Shown: positions 1-9,334 of the stretch, piece after piece
How the letters are laid out: each line of letters begins with the position of its first letter
Numbering within the stretch: the stretch's first letter is position 1
DNA from: Pseudomonas aeruginosa
GTDB taxonomy: Bacteria > Pseudomonadota > Gammaproteobacteria > Pseudomonadales > Pseudomonadaceae
Assembly: GCF_001457615.1 (NCBI RefSeq)
Contig: NZ_LN831024.1
Coordinates: forward strand, 2,580,001-2,612,000
Length of the DNA stretch: 32,000 nt
Reading direction: 5' to 3'
Position numbers and translations under genes: made by a program
The notes under the pieces: model-generated
Told to the model about the DNA's origin: nothing
The model's database searches: none
Seen by the model: the letters and a program-made list of their open reading frames with translations, nothing else

Positions 1-131
1 CGTGAGTGCGGATCAAATCTGTTTTACCGCCGTACGACTTTTTCCGTTCCCTGCGCCTATCTAACCTGCCGCTCTCTTCAACCCGGGATCGGCAGGCATC
101 TCCGCTGCGGTTCCAGCATGTACGGAACACC

Positions 132-722
132 ATGAAAAACATTCTCCTGCTCAACGGCGGAAAGCGTTTCGCCCATTCCGACGGTCGCCTCAACCAGACC
201 CTGCACGAAACCGCCCTGGCCCATCTGGACCGCCGTGGCTTCGACCTGCGCCAGACCCTCATCGACGGTGGCTATGACATCCCGACGGAGGTGGACAAGT
301 TCCTCTGGGCCGACGTGGTGATCTACCAGATGCCCGGCTGGTGGATGGGCGCGCCATGGACAGTGAAGCGCTACATCGACGAAGTCTTCACGGCCGGACA
401 CGGCAGCCTCTATGCCAACGACGGTCGTACCCGCTCCGACAGCACGCAGAAATATGGCAGCGGCGGTCTGGTGCAGGGCAAGCGCTACATGATCTCGGCG
501 ACCTGGAATGCACCACGGCAGGCGTTCGACGATCCGAGCGACTTCTTCGAGGGAAAAGGCGTGGATGCGGTGTATTTCCCCTTCCACAAGGCCAACCAGT
601 TCCTCGGCATGTCCGGCCTGCCGACGTTCCTCGCGGTGGATGTGATGAAGCGCCCGGACGTCCCGGCTACCGTCGCTGCCTACCAGGCGCACCTGGACAG
701 GGTGTTCGGGCGCGCCGGCTGA
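132..722 (+). CDS. mdaB: NAD(P)H:quinone oxidoreductase, MdaB (modulator of drug activity B) family, flavodoxin-like fold
   Basis: In ORF 6..722 the internal ATG at 132 gives 196 aa starting MKNILLLNGGKRFAHS. The protein is nearly colinear with E. coli MdaB as I remember it (FLWADVVIYQMPGWWMGAPWTVKRYIDEVFT, HKANQFLGM). Start chosen by homology; the SD is weak. Confidence 0.85.
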   Translation: MKNILLLNGGKRFAHSDGRLNQTLHETALAHLDRRGFDLRQTLIDGGYDIPTEVDKFLWADVVIYQMPGWWMGAPWTVKRYIDEVFTAGHGSLYANDGRTRSDSTQKYGSGGLVQGKRYMISATWNAPRQAFDDPSDFFEGKGVDAVYFPFHKANQFLGMSGLPTFLAVDVMKRPDVPATVAAYQAHLDRVFGRAG

Positions 723-1046
723 GTTCGACGGCGGGCCTCGTGTCGCTTCGCTGGATGGAGTGGCGGGTCGAAATCCAGGCTCTCGGGACGAGGCCTAATG
801 GTCACGGATCCGCTATCCGGGCTTTTCTCGGCCACGACCCGCGAGTGATCCGAAATTCGATTTTTCCATCGATCCGTCGAATTAGATTTCATCGGGGACG
901 GGCGGGAAAGGATGCTTTGCACGAATATTCGAATGGGCGCATCGTAAAATGAGCGCGCTTCGACCGTGTCGAAGCCACCCCCGACAACGTTGCCGGCAGG
1001 TCGCTCATCGACTTCCGACGCCTGCCGCCGAATTCAGGAGATTCAC

Positions 1047-1913
1047 ATGTGTCCTTGCCCTCACTCCCAGGCCCAGGGAGAAACGGACGGAGAGGCTGAG
1101 TGGCATAACGCCGCCCTGGACTTCACCCATGCGATGAGCTACGGCGATTACCTGAAGCTGGACAAGGTTCTGGACGCCCAGTTCCCGCTTTCGCCCGACC
1201 ACAACGAAATGCTGTTCATCATCCAGCACCAGACCTCGGAGCTATGGATGAAGCTGATGCTCCACGAACTGCGGGCCGCCCGGGAGCACGTCAAGTCAGG
1301 CAAGCTCGGTCCGGCGCTGAAAATGCTCGCCAGGGTTTCGCGGATCTTCGACCAGCTGGTACACGCCTGGGCGGTGCTGGCCACCATGACGCCGACCGAG
1401 TACAACACCATCCGCCCGTACCTGGGCCAGTCTTCCGGTTTCCAGTCCTACCAGTACCGCGAGATCGAATTCATCCTCGGCAACAAGAACGCCACCCTGC
1501 TCAAGCCCCATGCTCACCGTGCCGAGCTGCTGGCGGCCCTGGAGCAGGCCCTGCATACGCCGTCGCTATACGACGAAGCGATCCGCCTGATGGCCGCCCA
1601 GGGGTTGCCGGTAAGCCAGGAGCGGCTCGCCCGGGACGCGGCGGCCGGCACCTGTTACGAGGCCTCGGTGGAGGCGGCGTGGCGACAGGTCTACCAGGCG
1701 CCGGAACGCTACTGGGACCTGTATCAGCTGGCGGAGAAACTGATCGACCTGGAGGACTCGTTCCGCCAGTGGCGCTTCCGTCACGTGACCACGGTGGAGC
1801 GCATCATCGGTTTCAAACCCGGCACGGGCGGAACCGAGGGAGTGGGGTATCTGCGCAGCATGCTCGATACCATCCTCTTCCCCGAACTGTGGCGGCTCCG
1901 TTCCAACCTGTAG
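1047..1913 (+). CDS. kynA: tryptophan 2,3-dioxygenase (kynurenine pathway)
   Basis: In ORF 966..1913 the ATG at 1047 is preceded by AGGAG (1036-1040) and gives 288 aa. TDO-family blocks are recognisable ([51 protein letters not shown]). Confidence 0.9.
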   Translation: MCPCPHSQAQGETDGEAEWHNAALDFTHAMSYGDYLKLDKVLDAQFPLSPDHNEMLFIIQHQTSELWMKLMLHELRAAREHVKSGKLGPALKMLARVSRIFDQLVHAWAVLATMTPTEYNTIRPYLGQSSGFQSYQYREIEFILGNKNATLLKPHAHRAELLAALEQALHTPSLYDEAIRLMAAQGLPVSQERLARDAAAGTCYEASVEAAWRQVYQAPERYWDLYQLAEKLIDLEDSFRQWRFRHVTTVERIIGFKPGTGGTEGVGYLRSMLDTILFPELWRLRSNL

Positions 1914-1920
1914 TACCGGA

Positions 1921-1944
1921 TGAGGCGCAGCATCCGCCTGCGCC

Positions 1945-1947
<3 letters not shown>
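1921..1947. terminator. stem-loop between convergent kynA and GNAT genes (10-bp stem, 7-nt loop, no T-run)
   Basis: TGAGGCGCAG-catccgc-CTGCGCCTCA read directly. The right arm overlaps the GNAT stop codon (1945-1947). Confidence 0.5.
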
Positions 1948-2957
<1,010 letters not shown>

Positions 2958-3089
2958 GTCGGCCTCGAAAGTTTTTTTTCAAAATAGCCCTGATAAAAAA
3001 GGTCGTCACGGGTTTTTGCCTGAGTAATGCGATGGAGGGCTGGAAGACGACTTTGGATAATCATAGGCCTGTCTTGCGGGAGAGCGCCC

Positions 3090-3989
3090 ATGAACGATCC
3101 GATCCGTCGCGGTACGCTGGAAATGACTTCGGCCATGCTGATCTGCGGCACCATTGGCTGGCTGGTGCTGCTCTCCGGGCAGCCCGTGCTGGACGTGGTG
3201 TTCTGGCGCTGCGTATTCGGTTTCGCCACGCTGCTGGTCGCCTGTGCCGCGCTGGGTTTCCTGCGCCGCGGCAGCCTGGGGCGCGAGGCGTTCCTGCTGG
3301 CGCTCCTCAGCGGGGTGTTCATCGTCGGCAACTGGGTATTGCTATTCGCATCCTACTCACGGGCTTCGATCGCCATCGGTACCGCGGTCTACAACGTCCA
3401 GCCGTTCATGCTGGTGGGGCTAGGCGCGGTGTTTCTCGGCGAGAAGGTCACTGCGCGCAAGCTGGGCTGGCTGGGGCTTTCGTTCGCCGGCATGCTGGCG
3501 ATCGTCAGCGCCCACGGCGACAGCGACGCCCCGCGCGGGGACTACCTGTTCGGTATCCTCCTGGCGCTCGCTGCCGCGCTGCTGTATGCCTTTGCCGCGC
3601 TGATCGTGAAGCGCCTGCAAGGCACGCCGCCGCATCTTATCGCCTTGATCCAGGTGGGCACCGGCGTGCTGATGCTCGCACCGCTGGCGAACCTTGCCGA
3701 ACTGCCCCGGCACGTTGCTCCCTGGGCCAGCCTGGCGACCCTGGGAATCGTCCATACCGGGCTGATGTACGTACTGCTCTACGGCGCCATTCAGAAATTG
3801 CCGACGGCGCTGACCGGTGCCTTGTCCTTCATCTATCCGGTCGCGGCGATCCTGGTGGACTGGCTGGTCTTCGAACATCGCCTGAGCCTGGCCCAGTGGC
3901 TTGGCGTGGCTGCCATCCTGCTCGCCGCGGCGGGCATGCAGCAGGGTTGGAGCGTGCGCCTGCCGAGGCCGGCGGTGCGTCGCGGCTGA
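3090..3989 (+). CDS. DMT-superfamily (EamA-like) permease, probable metabolite exporter
   Basis: In ORF 3027..3989 the ATG at 3090 follows GGGAGAG (3078-3084) and gives 299 aa. The protein is hydrophobic throughout, with roughly 10 TM segments in two similar halves. Confidence 0.8.
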   Translation: MNDPIRRGTLEMTSAMLICGTIGWLVLLSGQPVLDVVFWRCVFGFATLLVACAALGFLRRGSLGREAFLLALLSGVFIVGNWVLLFASYSRASIAIGTAVYNVQPFMLVGLGAVFLGEKVTARKLGWLGLSFAGMLAIVSAHGDSDAPRGDYLFGILLALAAALLYAFAALIVKRLQGTPPHLIALIQVGTGVLMLAPLANLAELPRHVAPWASLATLGIVHTGLMYVLLYGAIQKLPTALTGALSFIYPVAAILVDWLVFEHRLSLAQWLGVAAILLAAAGMQQGWSVRLPRPAVRRG

Positions 3990-4005
3990 GGCGCGGGGGA
4001 AAGAA

Positions 4006-4033
4006 AAAGCCCCGCGACGAGGCGGGGCTTTTC
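4006..4033. terminator. bidirectional rho-independent terminator between convergent DMT and nitroreductase genes
   Basis: AAAAGCCCCGC-gacgag-GCGGGGCTTTT: a perfect 11-bp stem flanked by an A-run and a T-run. Confidence 0.85.
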
Positions 4034-4051
4034 TACGGCGATCTCGGCCGA

Positions 4052-4654
4052 TCAGTTGCCGAAGACCTTGAAGCGTTCGCTTTCGGCGATGAAGGCTTTC
4101 TCGCCCGCCGGAGCGGCGATGGCGCCGAAAGGCATCTGTGCGCGCAGCTTCCAGCTTTCCGGCAGGTTCCAGGTCTTGTGGGTCTGCGCATCTACCAGCG
4201 GGTTGTAGTGCTGCAGGCTGGCGCCGACCTTGTGCTCGGCGAGGGCGGTCCAGACCGCGAACTGGGCCATGCCGCTGGCCTGCTCCGACCACACCGGGAA
4301 GTTGTCGGCGTAGAGGGCGAACTGCTCCTGAAGCTGGCGCACTACCGTCTGGTCTTCGAAGAACAGTACGGTGCCGGCACCGGCGGCGAAGGAATTGAGC
4401 TTGGTTTCGGTGGCGGCGAAAGCGTCGGCGGGAACGATCTTCTTCAACTCGTCCTTGGCGATGTTCCAGAACTGCTCGTGCTCGGCGCCGAACAGGACGA
4501 CCACCCGCGAGCTCTGCGAGTTGAACGCGGAAGGGCTGTGCGAGACGGCCTCCTTGACCAGTTCGACGATTTTCTCCTGGGAGACGGGCAGTTGCTTGTC
4601 CAGGGCGTAGATGGTGCGGCGGTTCTTGATGGAGGAGAGGAATGCGTCAGACAT
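4052..4654 (-). CDS. nitroreductase-family NAD(P)H-flavin oxidoreductase
   Basis: In ORF 4052..4921 the internal ATG (complement of 4652-4654) follows a GGAG SD and gives 200 aa, MSDAFLSSIKNRRTIYALDK.... Nitroreductase-fold blocks are present (SPSAFNSQS.RVVVL, ASLQHYNPL). The upstream 89 codons look non-coding. Confidence 0.8.
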   Translation of the reverse strand: MSDAFLSSIKNRRTIYALDKQLPVSQEKIVELVKEAVSHSPSAFNSQSSRVVVLFGAEHEQFWNIAKDELKKIVPADAFAATETKLNSFAAGAGTVLFFEDQTVVRQLQEQFALYADNFPVWSEQASGMAQFAVWTALAEHKVGASLQHYNPLVDAQTHKTWNLPESWKLRAQMPFGAIAAPAGEKAFIAESERFKVFGN

Positions 4655-4750
4655 CGTGAGGCTCCTTGTTTGGAAATTGGATTCGATATTAGCGACGGCC
4701 TCGATGAGATCAATGGGAAATAACCGGTGATTCCTATCGGCTGATGCGAT

Positions 4751-4784
4751 GGATACCCGGCTTTCCCAGGAAAGCCGGGTATCC
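4751..4784. promoter_or_regulatory. 34-bp near-perfect palindrome (16-bp arms, 2-nt centre) in the divergent nitroreductase/alkB1 intergenic region
   Basis: GGATACCCGGCTTTCC-ca-GGAAAGCCGGGTATCC read directly. No flanking T-run on either strand. Confidence 0.6.
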
Positions 4785-4999
4785 ACGGTCCAGCGCGGCC
4801 GGCAGCGAGAGACGGCAAGTACGGATGAAAATGGAATATCGAGAAAGTCGATGGGCATAAAACCGCGAGGACTTGCCCTTTGATTCAGGTCAAGCAGGGT
4901 GAAGGCCGGGGAGGCGGCCAACCTTTAGTGATGGTGACCTGGCAGCCCGGCTCGGTGATGGTTCGATTGTAGGATTGTCGGACAAAACTGGAGCGCACG

Positions 5000-6148
5000 A
5001 TGTTTGAAAATTTCTCTCCCAGCACCATGCTGGCCATCAAGAAGTACGCCTATTGGCTCTGGCTGCTGCTGGCGTTGTCCATGCCGTTCAACTACTGGAT
5101 GGCCCAGGACAGCGCGCATCCGGCCTTCTGGGCATTTTCCCTGGTGATTGCGGTATTCGGCATCGGGCCGCTGCTGGACATGCTGTTCGGCCGCGACCCG
5201 GCCAACCCCGACGAGGAAACGCAGACGCCGCAGTTGCTCGGCCAGGGCTATTACGTATTGCTGACCCTGGCCACGGTGCCGGTGCTCATCGGTACGCTGG
5301 TGTGGGCCGCTGGCGTGTTCGTCGCTTTCCAGGAGTGGGGCTGGCTCGGCCGGTTGGGCTGGATCCTCTCGATGGGCACGGTGATGGGAGCGGTGGGGAT
5401 CGTCGTCGCCCATGAGCTGATCCACAAGGACTCGGCGCTGGAGCAGGCTGCCGGCGGCATTCTGCTGGCCGCCGTGTGCTACGCGGGGTTCAAGGTCGAG
5501 CATGTGCGCGGCCACCATGTGCATGTGTCTACGCCGGAGGACGCTTCGTCGGCGCGTTTCGGCCAGTCGGTCTACCAGTTCCTGCCGCATGCCTACAAGT
5601 ACAACTTCCTCAACGCCTGGCGCCTTGAAGCGGTGCGGCTGCGCAAGAAGGGCCTGCCGGTGTTCGGCTGGCAGAACGAACTGATCTGGTGGTACCTGCT
5701 GAGCCTGGCGTTGCTGGTCGGTTTCGGTTGGGCGTTCGGCTGGCTGGGGATGGTTTTCTTCCTTGGCCAAGCGTTCGTCGCGGTGACCCTGCTGGAGATC
5801 ATCAACTACGTCGAGCACTACGGCCTGCATCGGCGAAAGGGCGAGGACGGGCGCTACGAGCGGACCAACCATACCCACTCCTGGAACAGCAACTTCGTCT
5901 TCACCAACCTGGTCCTGTTCCATCTGCAACGGCATTCCGACCATCATGCCTTCGCCAAACGCCCCTATCAGGTCCTCCGTCATTATGACGATAGCCCGCA
6001 GATGCCCAGCGGTTATGCCGGGATGGTGGTGCTGGCGCTGATCCCGCCGCTGTGGCGGGCGGTCATGGACCCCAAGGTGCGGGCCTACTATGCGGGCGAA
6101 GAGTTCCAGTTGACGGCCGAACAGAGCGAGCGGCCGGCAGCTTCCTGA
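5000..6148 (+). CDS. alkB1: integral-membrane non-haem di-iron alkane 1-monooxygenase
   Basis: 382 aa with the four histidine boxes HELIHK, EHVRGHH, NYVEHYGL and LQRHSDHH, plus N-terminal TM helices. GGAG sits 6 nt upstream of the ATG. Confidence 0.92.
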   Translation: MFENFSPSTMLAIKKYAYWLWLLLALSMPFNYWMAQDSAHPAFWAFSLVIAVFGIGPLLDMLFGRDPANPDEETQTPQLLGQGYYVLLTLATVPVLIGTLVWAAGVFVAFQEWGWLGRLGWILSMGTVMGAVGIVVAHELIHKDSALEQAAGGILLAAVCYAGFKVEHVRGHHVHVSTPEDASSARFGQSVYQFLPHAYKYNFLNAWRLEAVRLRKKGLPVFGWQNELIWWYLLSLALLVGFGWAFGWLGMVFFLGQAFVAVTLLEIINYVEHYGLHRRKGEDGRYERTNHTHSWNSNFVFTNLVLFHLQRHSDHHAFAKRPYQVLRHYDDSPQMPSGYAGMVVLALIPPLWRAVMDPKVRAYYAGEEFQLTAEQSERPAAS

Positions 6149-6259
6149 GAATGGCCGGCGTCCCCGCTCCGTGCCCGAATAGCTCTTCGTTCGGGCAATC
6201 CCGCCTTGCCTGGGGTTGACTATCCTTAGCGATATCTCGGCACGGAAAGGAGCCCAGGG

Positions 6260-7867
6260 ATGAACATTCGGCAGAGAATCCTCGCTTCGGGCGCCATCGG
6301 CATCGTGGCTGTGGTGCTGCTAGGCGGGGTCGGCTTCTGGGGGCAATTGCGGTTGGGCAAGGCGCTGTCGGAGAACGAGCTGAGCGTCAATGCGCTGCGC
6401 AACCACATGGAAGGCGACATGATGCACGACGCCTTGCGCGCCGACGTCCTGGCGGCGTTCGTGGTCCAGCCCGGCGACGGCGCGGCGGCCGAGCAGGTCC
6501 GCCAGGACCTGCAGGAGCACAGCCAGTGGTTTCGCAAGGTGGTCGAGCAGAACCAGGGGCTGCCTCTCAACGACGCCATCCACCAGGCGCTGGTCGAGTT
6601 GCGGCCCGACCTGGAAGCCTACATCGGCGCCGCCGAGAGCATCGTCGGCAAGGCGTTGCTCGATCCCGTGGCGGCGCGGGCCGAGCTGCCGCAGTTCGTC
6701 CAGGCCTTCAAGGAGCTGGAAGGGCGCAACGAAGCGCTCAGCAGCCTGATCGAGAAACACGTCGAGCAGACCAACCGGGCGCGCGAAGACAGCATGCGCT
6801 ATTCCGCCTGGATGCTCGCGGGCGGCATCCTGGTCGCCTGCCTGGTCCTTGGACAGCTCTGTCGCCAGTTGCTGCGCGCCGTCCTGCAGCCGCTGCGCAA
6901 ACTGGTCTCATCGGCCCGGGTGATCGCCCAGGGCAACCTGCAGGAGCCGATCGGCGTCGACAGCAATGACGAGGCCGGCCAGTTGCAGCGGGCGTTGGGC
7001 GAGATGCAGGAGAACCTGCGGCAGATGATCACCATCATCCGCCAGGAAAGCGAAGAGCTCCACGACACCTCCCAATCCATCGGCCAGACCTCGCAGTCGA
7101 TCGTCCACGGCGCCAGCCAACAGGCCGACAGCGCCACCAGCATGGCCGCGAGCATGGAAGAGATGATCACCAATATCTCGCAGATTTCCGACCACGCCGA
7201 CAACGCCAGGGTGATCTCGGCCAAGTCCGAGGAGCTGGCCAGCAGTGGCGGGCAGGTGATCCTCAACGTGGTGGAAGGGATGAGCCGCATCGCCGACGTG
7301 GTCAACCAGTCCTCCACCAGCATCACCGCTCTCGGCCAGTCGTCGGACGAGATCCATTCGATCATCCAGGTGATCAAGGGGATCGCCGAGCAGACCAACC
7401 TGCTGGCGTTGAACGCCGCCATCGAGGCGGCGCGGGCCGGAGAGGCCGGGCGCGGTTTCGCCGTGGTCGCCGACGAGGTACGCGGGCTGGCGGCGCGGAC
7501 CACCCAGTCGACCCAGGAGATCACCGCGATGATCGAGCGCATCCGCGCCAGCACGGGGCAAGCGATCAACAGCATGGAGGCCGGCGTGAGCCGGGTCAAC
7601 GAGGGGGTGTCGTTCGCCCGCCAGGCAGGGGTGTCGATCAACGAGATCCTCGATGGAACCCGTCATGCCGCGTCGGTGGTCGATGAGATTTCCCAGACCA
7701 TCCGCGAGCAGTCGCGCGCCAGTGATGAAATCGCCCAGCGCGTGGAACTCATCGCCCAGCGTTCGCAGCAGAACACCCAGGCGATGCACGAGATGGCCGC
7801 CACCGCCAGGCGCCTGAACGAGGTTGCAGCGACCATGCGCTCGTCGGTGGAGCGCTTCAAGATCTGA
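6260..7867 (+). CDS. tlpS: methyl-accepting chemotaxis protein (two TM segments, helical periplasmic domain, HAMP, signalling domain)
   Basis: 535 aa with an AAGGAG SD. TM1 spans about residues 10-30 and TM2 about 185-207. Conserved MCP hairpin present ([37 protein letters not shown]). The symbol tlpS and tag PA2573 are from memory of the alkB1-downstream MCP. Confidence 0.9.
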   Translation: MNIRQRILASGAIGIVAVVLLGGVGFWGQLRLGKALSENELSVNALRNHMEGDMMHDALRADVLAAFVVQPGDGAAAEQVRQDLQEHSQWFRKVVEQNQGLPLNDAIHQALVELRPDLEAYIGAAESIVGKALLDPVAARAELPQFVQAFKELEGRNEALSSLIEKHVEQTNRAREDSMRYSAWMLAGGILVACLVLGQLCRQLLRAVLQPLRKLVSSARVIAQGNLQEPIGVDSNDEAGQLQRALGEMQENLRQMITIIRQESEELHDTSQSIGQTSQSIVHGASQQADSATSMAASMEEMITNISQISDHADNARVISAKSEELASSGGQVILNVVEGMSRIADVVNQSSTSITALGQSSDEIHSIIQVIKGIAEQTNLLALNAAIEAARAGEAGRGFAVVADEVRGLAARTTQSTQEITAMIERIRASTGQAINSMEAGVSRVNEGVSFARQAGVSINEILDGTRHAASVVDEISQTIREQSRASDEIAQRVELIAQRSQQNTQAMHEMAATARRLNEVAATMRSSVERFKI

Positions 7868-7877
7868 CGGGAGCCGC

Positions 7878-9221
7878 CTAGGTCGTCGACTCCGGGAGGC
7901 GCACGAACAGCGTGTAGCGTGCGCCTTCGATCGCTTCGAAGGCGATCAGCTTCTCGATCAGCGCCAGGTTCAGGACCTTGCCCGCGTTGAGCAGCAGCAT
8001 GCCGTTGTTGGCGGTGAGGTTGCGCGCCAGCACCATGCCCGGAACCAGGTCGCGGGTGCCATGGGCACGGACTTGCGGATCGGCCAGGGTGACATCGGCA
8101 AGGGTCGTCGCGCAGACCTGGATGAACGGTTCGATCAGCTCGGGGTCGTACAGCCGGCCGGCGTATTTGCGGATGTACATCAGTGCTTCGTCGCGATTCA
8201 TGCGCCGTTCGAGGATCAGTCCGCGCTGCAGCTCGACGAAATCCACCGCCAGCTTCAAGAGGCGCGAGCCCAGGGGAATGGCCTCGCCCTTGAGGTGGTC
8301 CGGATAGCCGCTGCCGTCCCAGTGCTCCTGGTGATGGCGAATCAGGCGGGCGGCGTCCTGCATCGGTTCCAGCGACATCAGCAGCGACTCGCTGAGTTCC
8401 GGGTAGCCGCGGAAACGATCGCGGTCGTGGTGATAGAGCAGGTCCGAGGGCGAGCTGAGCAGGGTGTCGTTCCAGCTTAGCTTGCCGATGTTGTAGAGCG
8501 CCGCGGCCATCGCCAGGTCGCGACCATCCGATTCGTCGACGAGGCCGCTGGCACAGCAGGCGCGGACCAGTTCGATGATTTGCTGGTTGGTCTGCTTGTC
8601 CTTGGGCAGGCGCTGGTTGACCAGCAGCGAGAAGACTTCGGTGCCGACCACGTAGCTGCGCTTTAGCTCCTCATAGGCGAGGTCGAGCATGTCGGCGGTC
8701 TGCTGCAGTTCGGCGGTGCGCGCCTGAACGCGCTTTTCCAGCGTGGCGTTGAGTTGCTGGAGGCGGTCGTTCTGCTCCTGGGTAAGTCGCTCCAGGCGCC
8801 GCCGCTCGCGCTCGGAATGCAGGTATTCGAGCGACTGGCGCAGGGTCAGCAGCAACTCGTCGTCGTTCCACGGCTTGCTCAGGTAATGGTGGATGCGCCC
8901 TTCATTGATGGCCTTGGCGATGGTTGGCAGGTCGGCATGGCCGGTGAGCAGGATGCGAATGGTTTCCGGGGAGCGGCGATGGATTTCCGCGAGCAGGGCA
9001 GCGCCGTCCATGTTCGGCATGCGGGCGTCGGACACCACCAGGTCCACGGGCCGGCTTTCCAGCAGTTGCAGGGCCTGTTCGCCGCTCTCCGCCAGCAACA
9101 GGTCGTAGGGCTGGTTGCGTAGCAGCCGGCGCAGGCTGCTGAGGATCAGCGGCTCGTCGTCGACCAGCAGCACGCTGAAGCGGATCTCCGTCTCGTTGGA
9201 AGGAGGTGCGCTATCGTTCAT
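7878..9221 (-). CDS. response regulator: receiver domain fused to a degenerate HD-GYP (YN-GYP) domain
   Basis: In ORF 7878..9266 the ATG at 9221 gives 447 aa, MNDSAPPSNE.... The REC domain is canonical (LLVDDE, VVSDARMP, LLTGH, SKPW). In the C-terminal domain the HD dyad reads YN (AAALYNIGKLS) and GYP is retained (HWDGSGYPDHL). PA2572 from memory. Confidence 0.9.
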   Translation of the reverse strand: MNDSAPPSNETEIRFSVLLVDDEPLILSSLRRLLRNQPYDLLLAESGEQALQLLESRPVDLVVSDARMPNMDGAALLAEIHRRSPETIRILLTGHADLPTIAKAINEGRIHHYLSKPWNDDELLLTLRQSLEYLHSERERRRLERLTQEQNDRLQQLNATLEKRVQARTAELQQTADMLDLAYEELKRSYVVGTEVFSLLVNQRLPKDKQTNQQIIELVRACCASGLVDESDGRDLAMAAALYNIGKLSWNDTLLSSPSDLLYHHDRDRFRGYPELSESLLMSLEPMQDAARLIRHHQEHWDGSGYPDHLKGEAIPLGSRLLKLAVDFVELQRGLILERRMNRDEALMYIRKYAGRLYDPELIEPFIQVCATTLADVTLADPQVRAHGTRDLVPGMVLARNLTANNGMLLLNAGKVLNLALIEKLIAFEAIEGARYTLFVRLPESTT

Positions 9222-9245
9222 GAGTGTCTGTCCACCGGGTGAGTT

Positions 9246-9266
9246 TTGCCTGAATACTTCAGGCAA
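9246..9266. promoter_or_regulatory. 21-bp perfect palindrome in the divergent regulator/kinase promoter region
   Basis: TTGCCTGAA-tac-TTCAGGCAA read directly. It lies 25 bp upstream of the regulator ATG and 69 bp upstream of the kinase ATG. Confidence 0.55.
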
Positions 9267-9334
9267 GCATAGTCCGAGTCTGGCCTGGACGAGGGCGCAT
9301 GCACGCGGCGGCTGGGCGAGCGGAGGTGCGGATC

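Noticed and set aside
3032-4723. 563-aa ORF on the plus strand spanning the DMT gene, the terminator and the nitroreductase gene
   Set aside because: Arg/Gly/Ala/Pro-rich shadow frame typical of G+C-rich DNA. It runs across a strong bidirectional terminator and overlaps two genes with clear family signatures.
6173-6196. Hairpin GCCCGAA-10 nt-TTCGGGC after alkB1 as an intrinsic terminator
   Set aside because: It has a short 7-bp stem, a large loop and no T-run, so it is not convincing. alkB1 and the downstream MCP gene may be co-transcribed.
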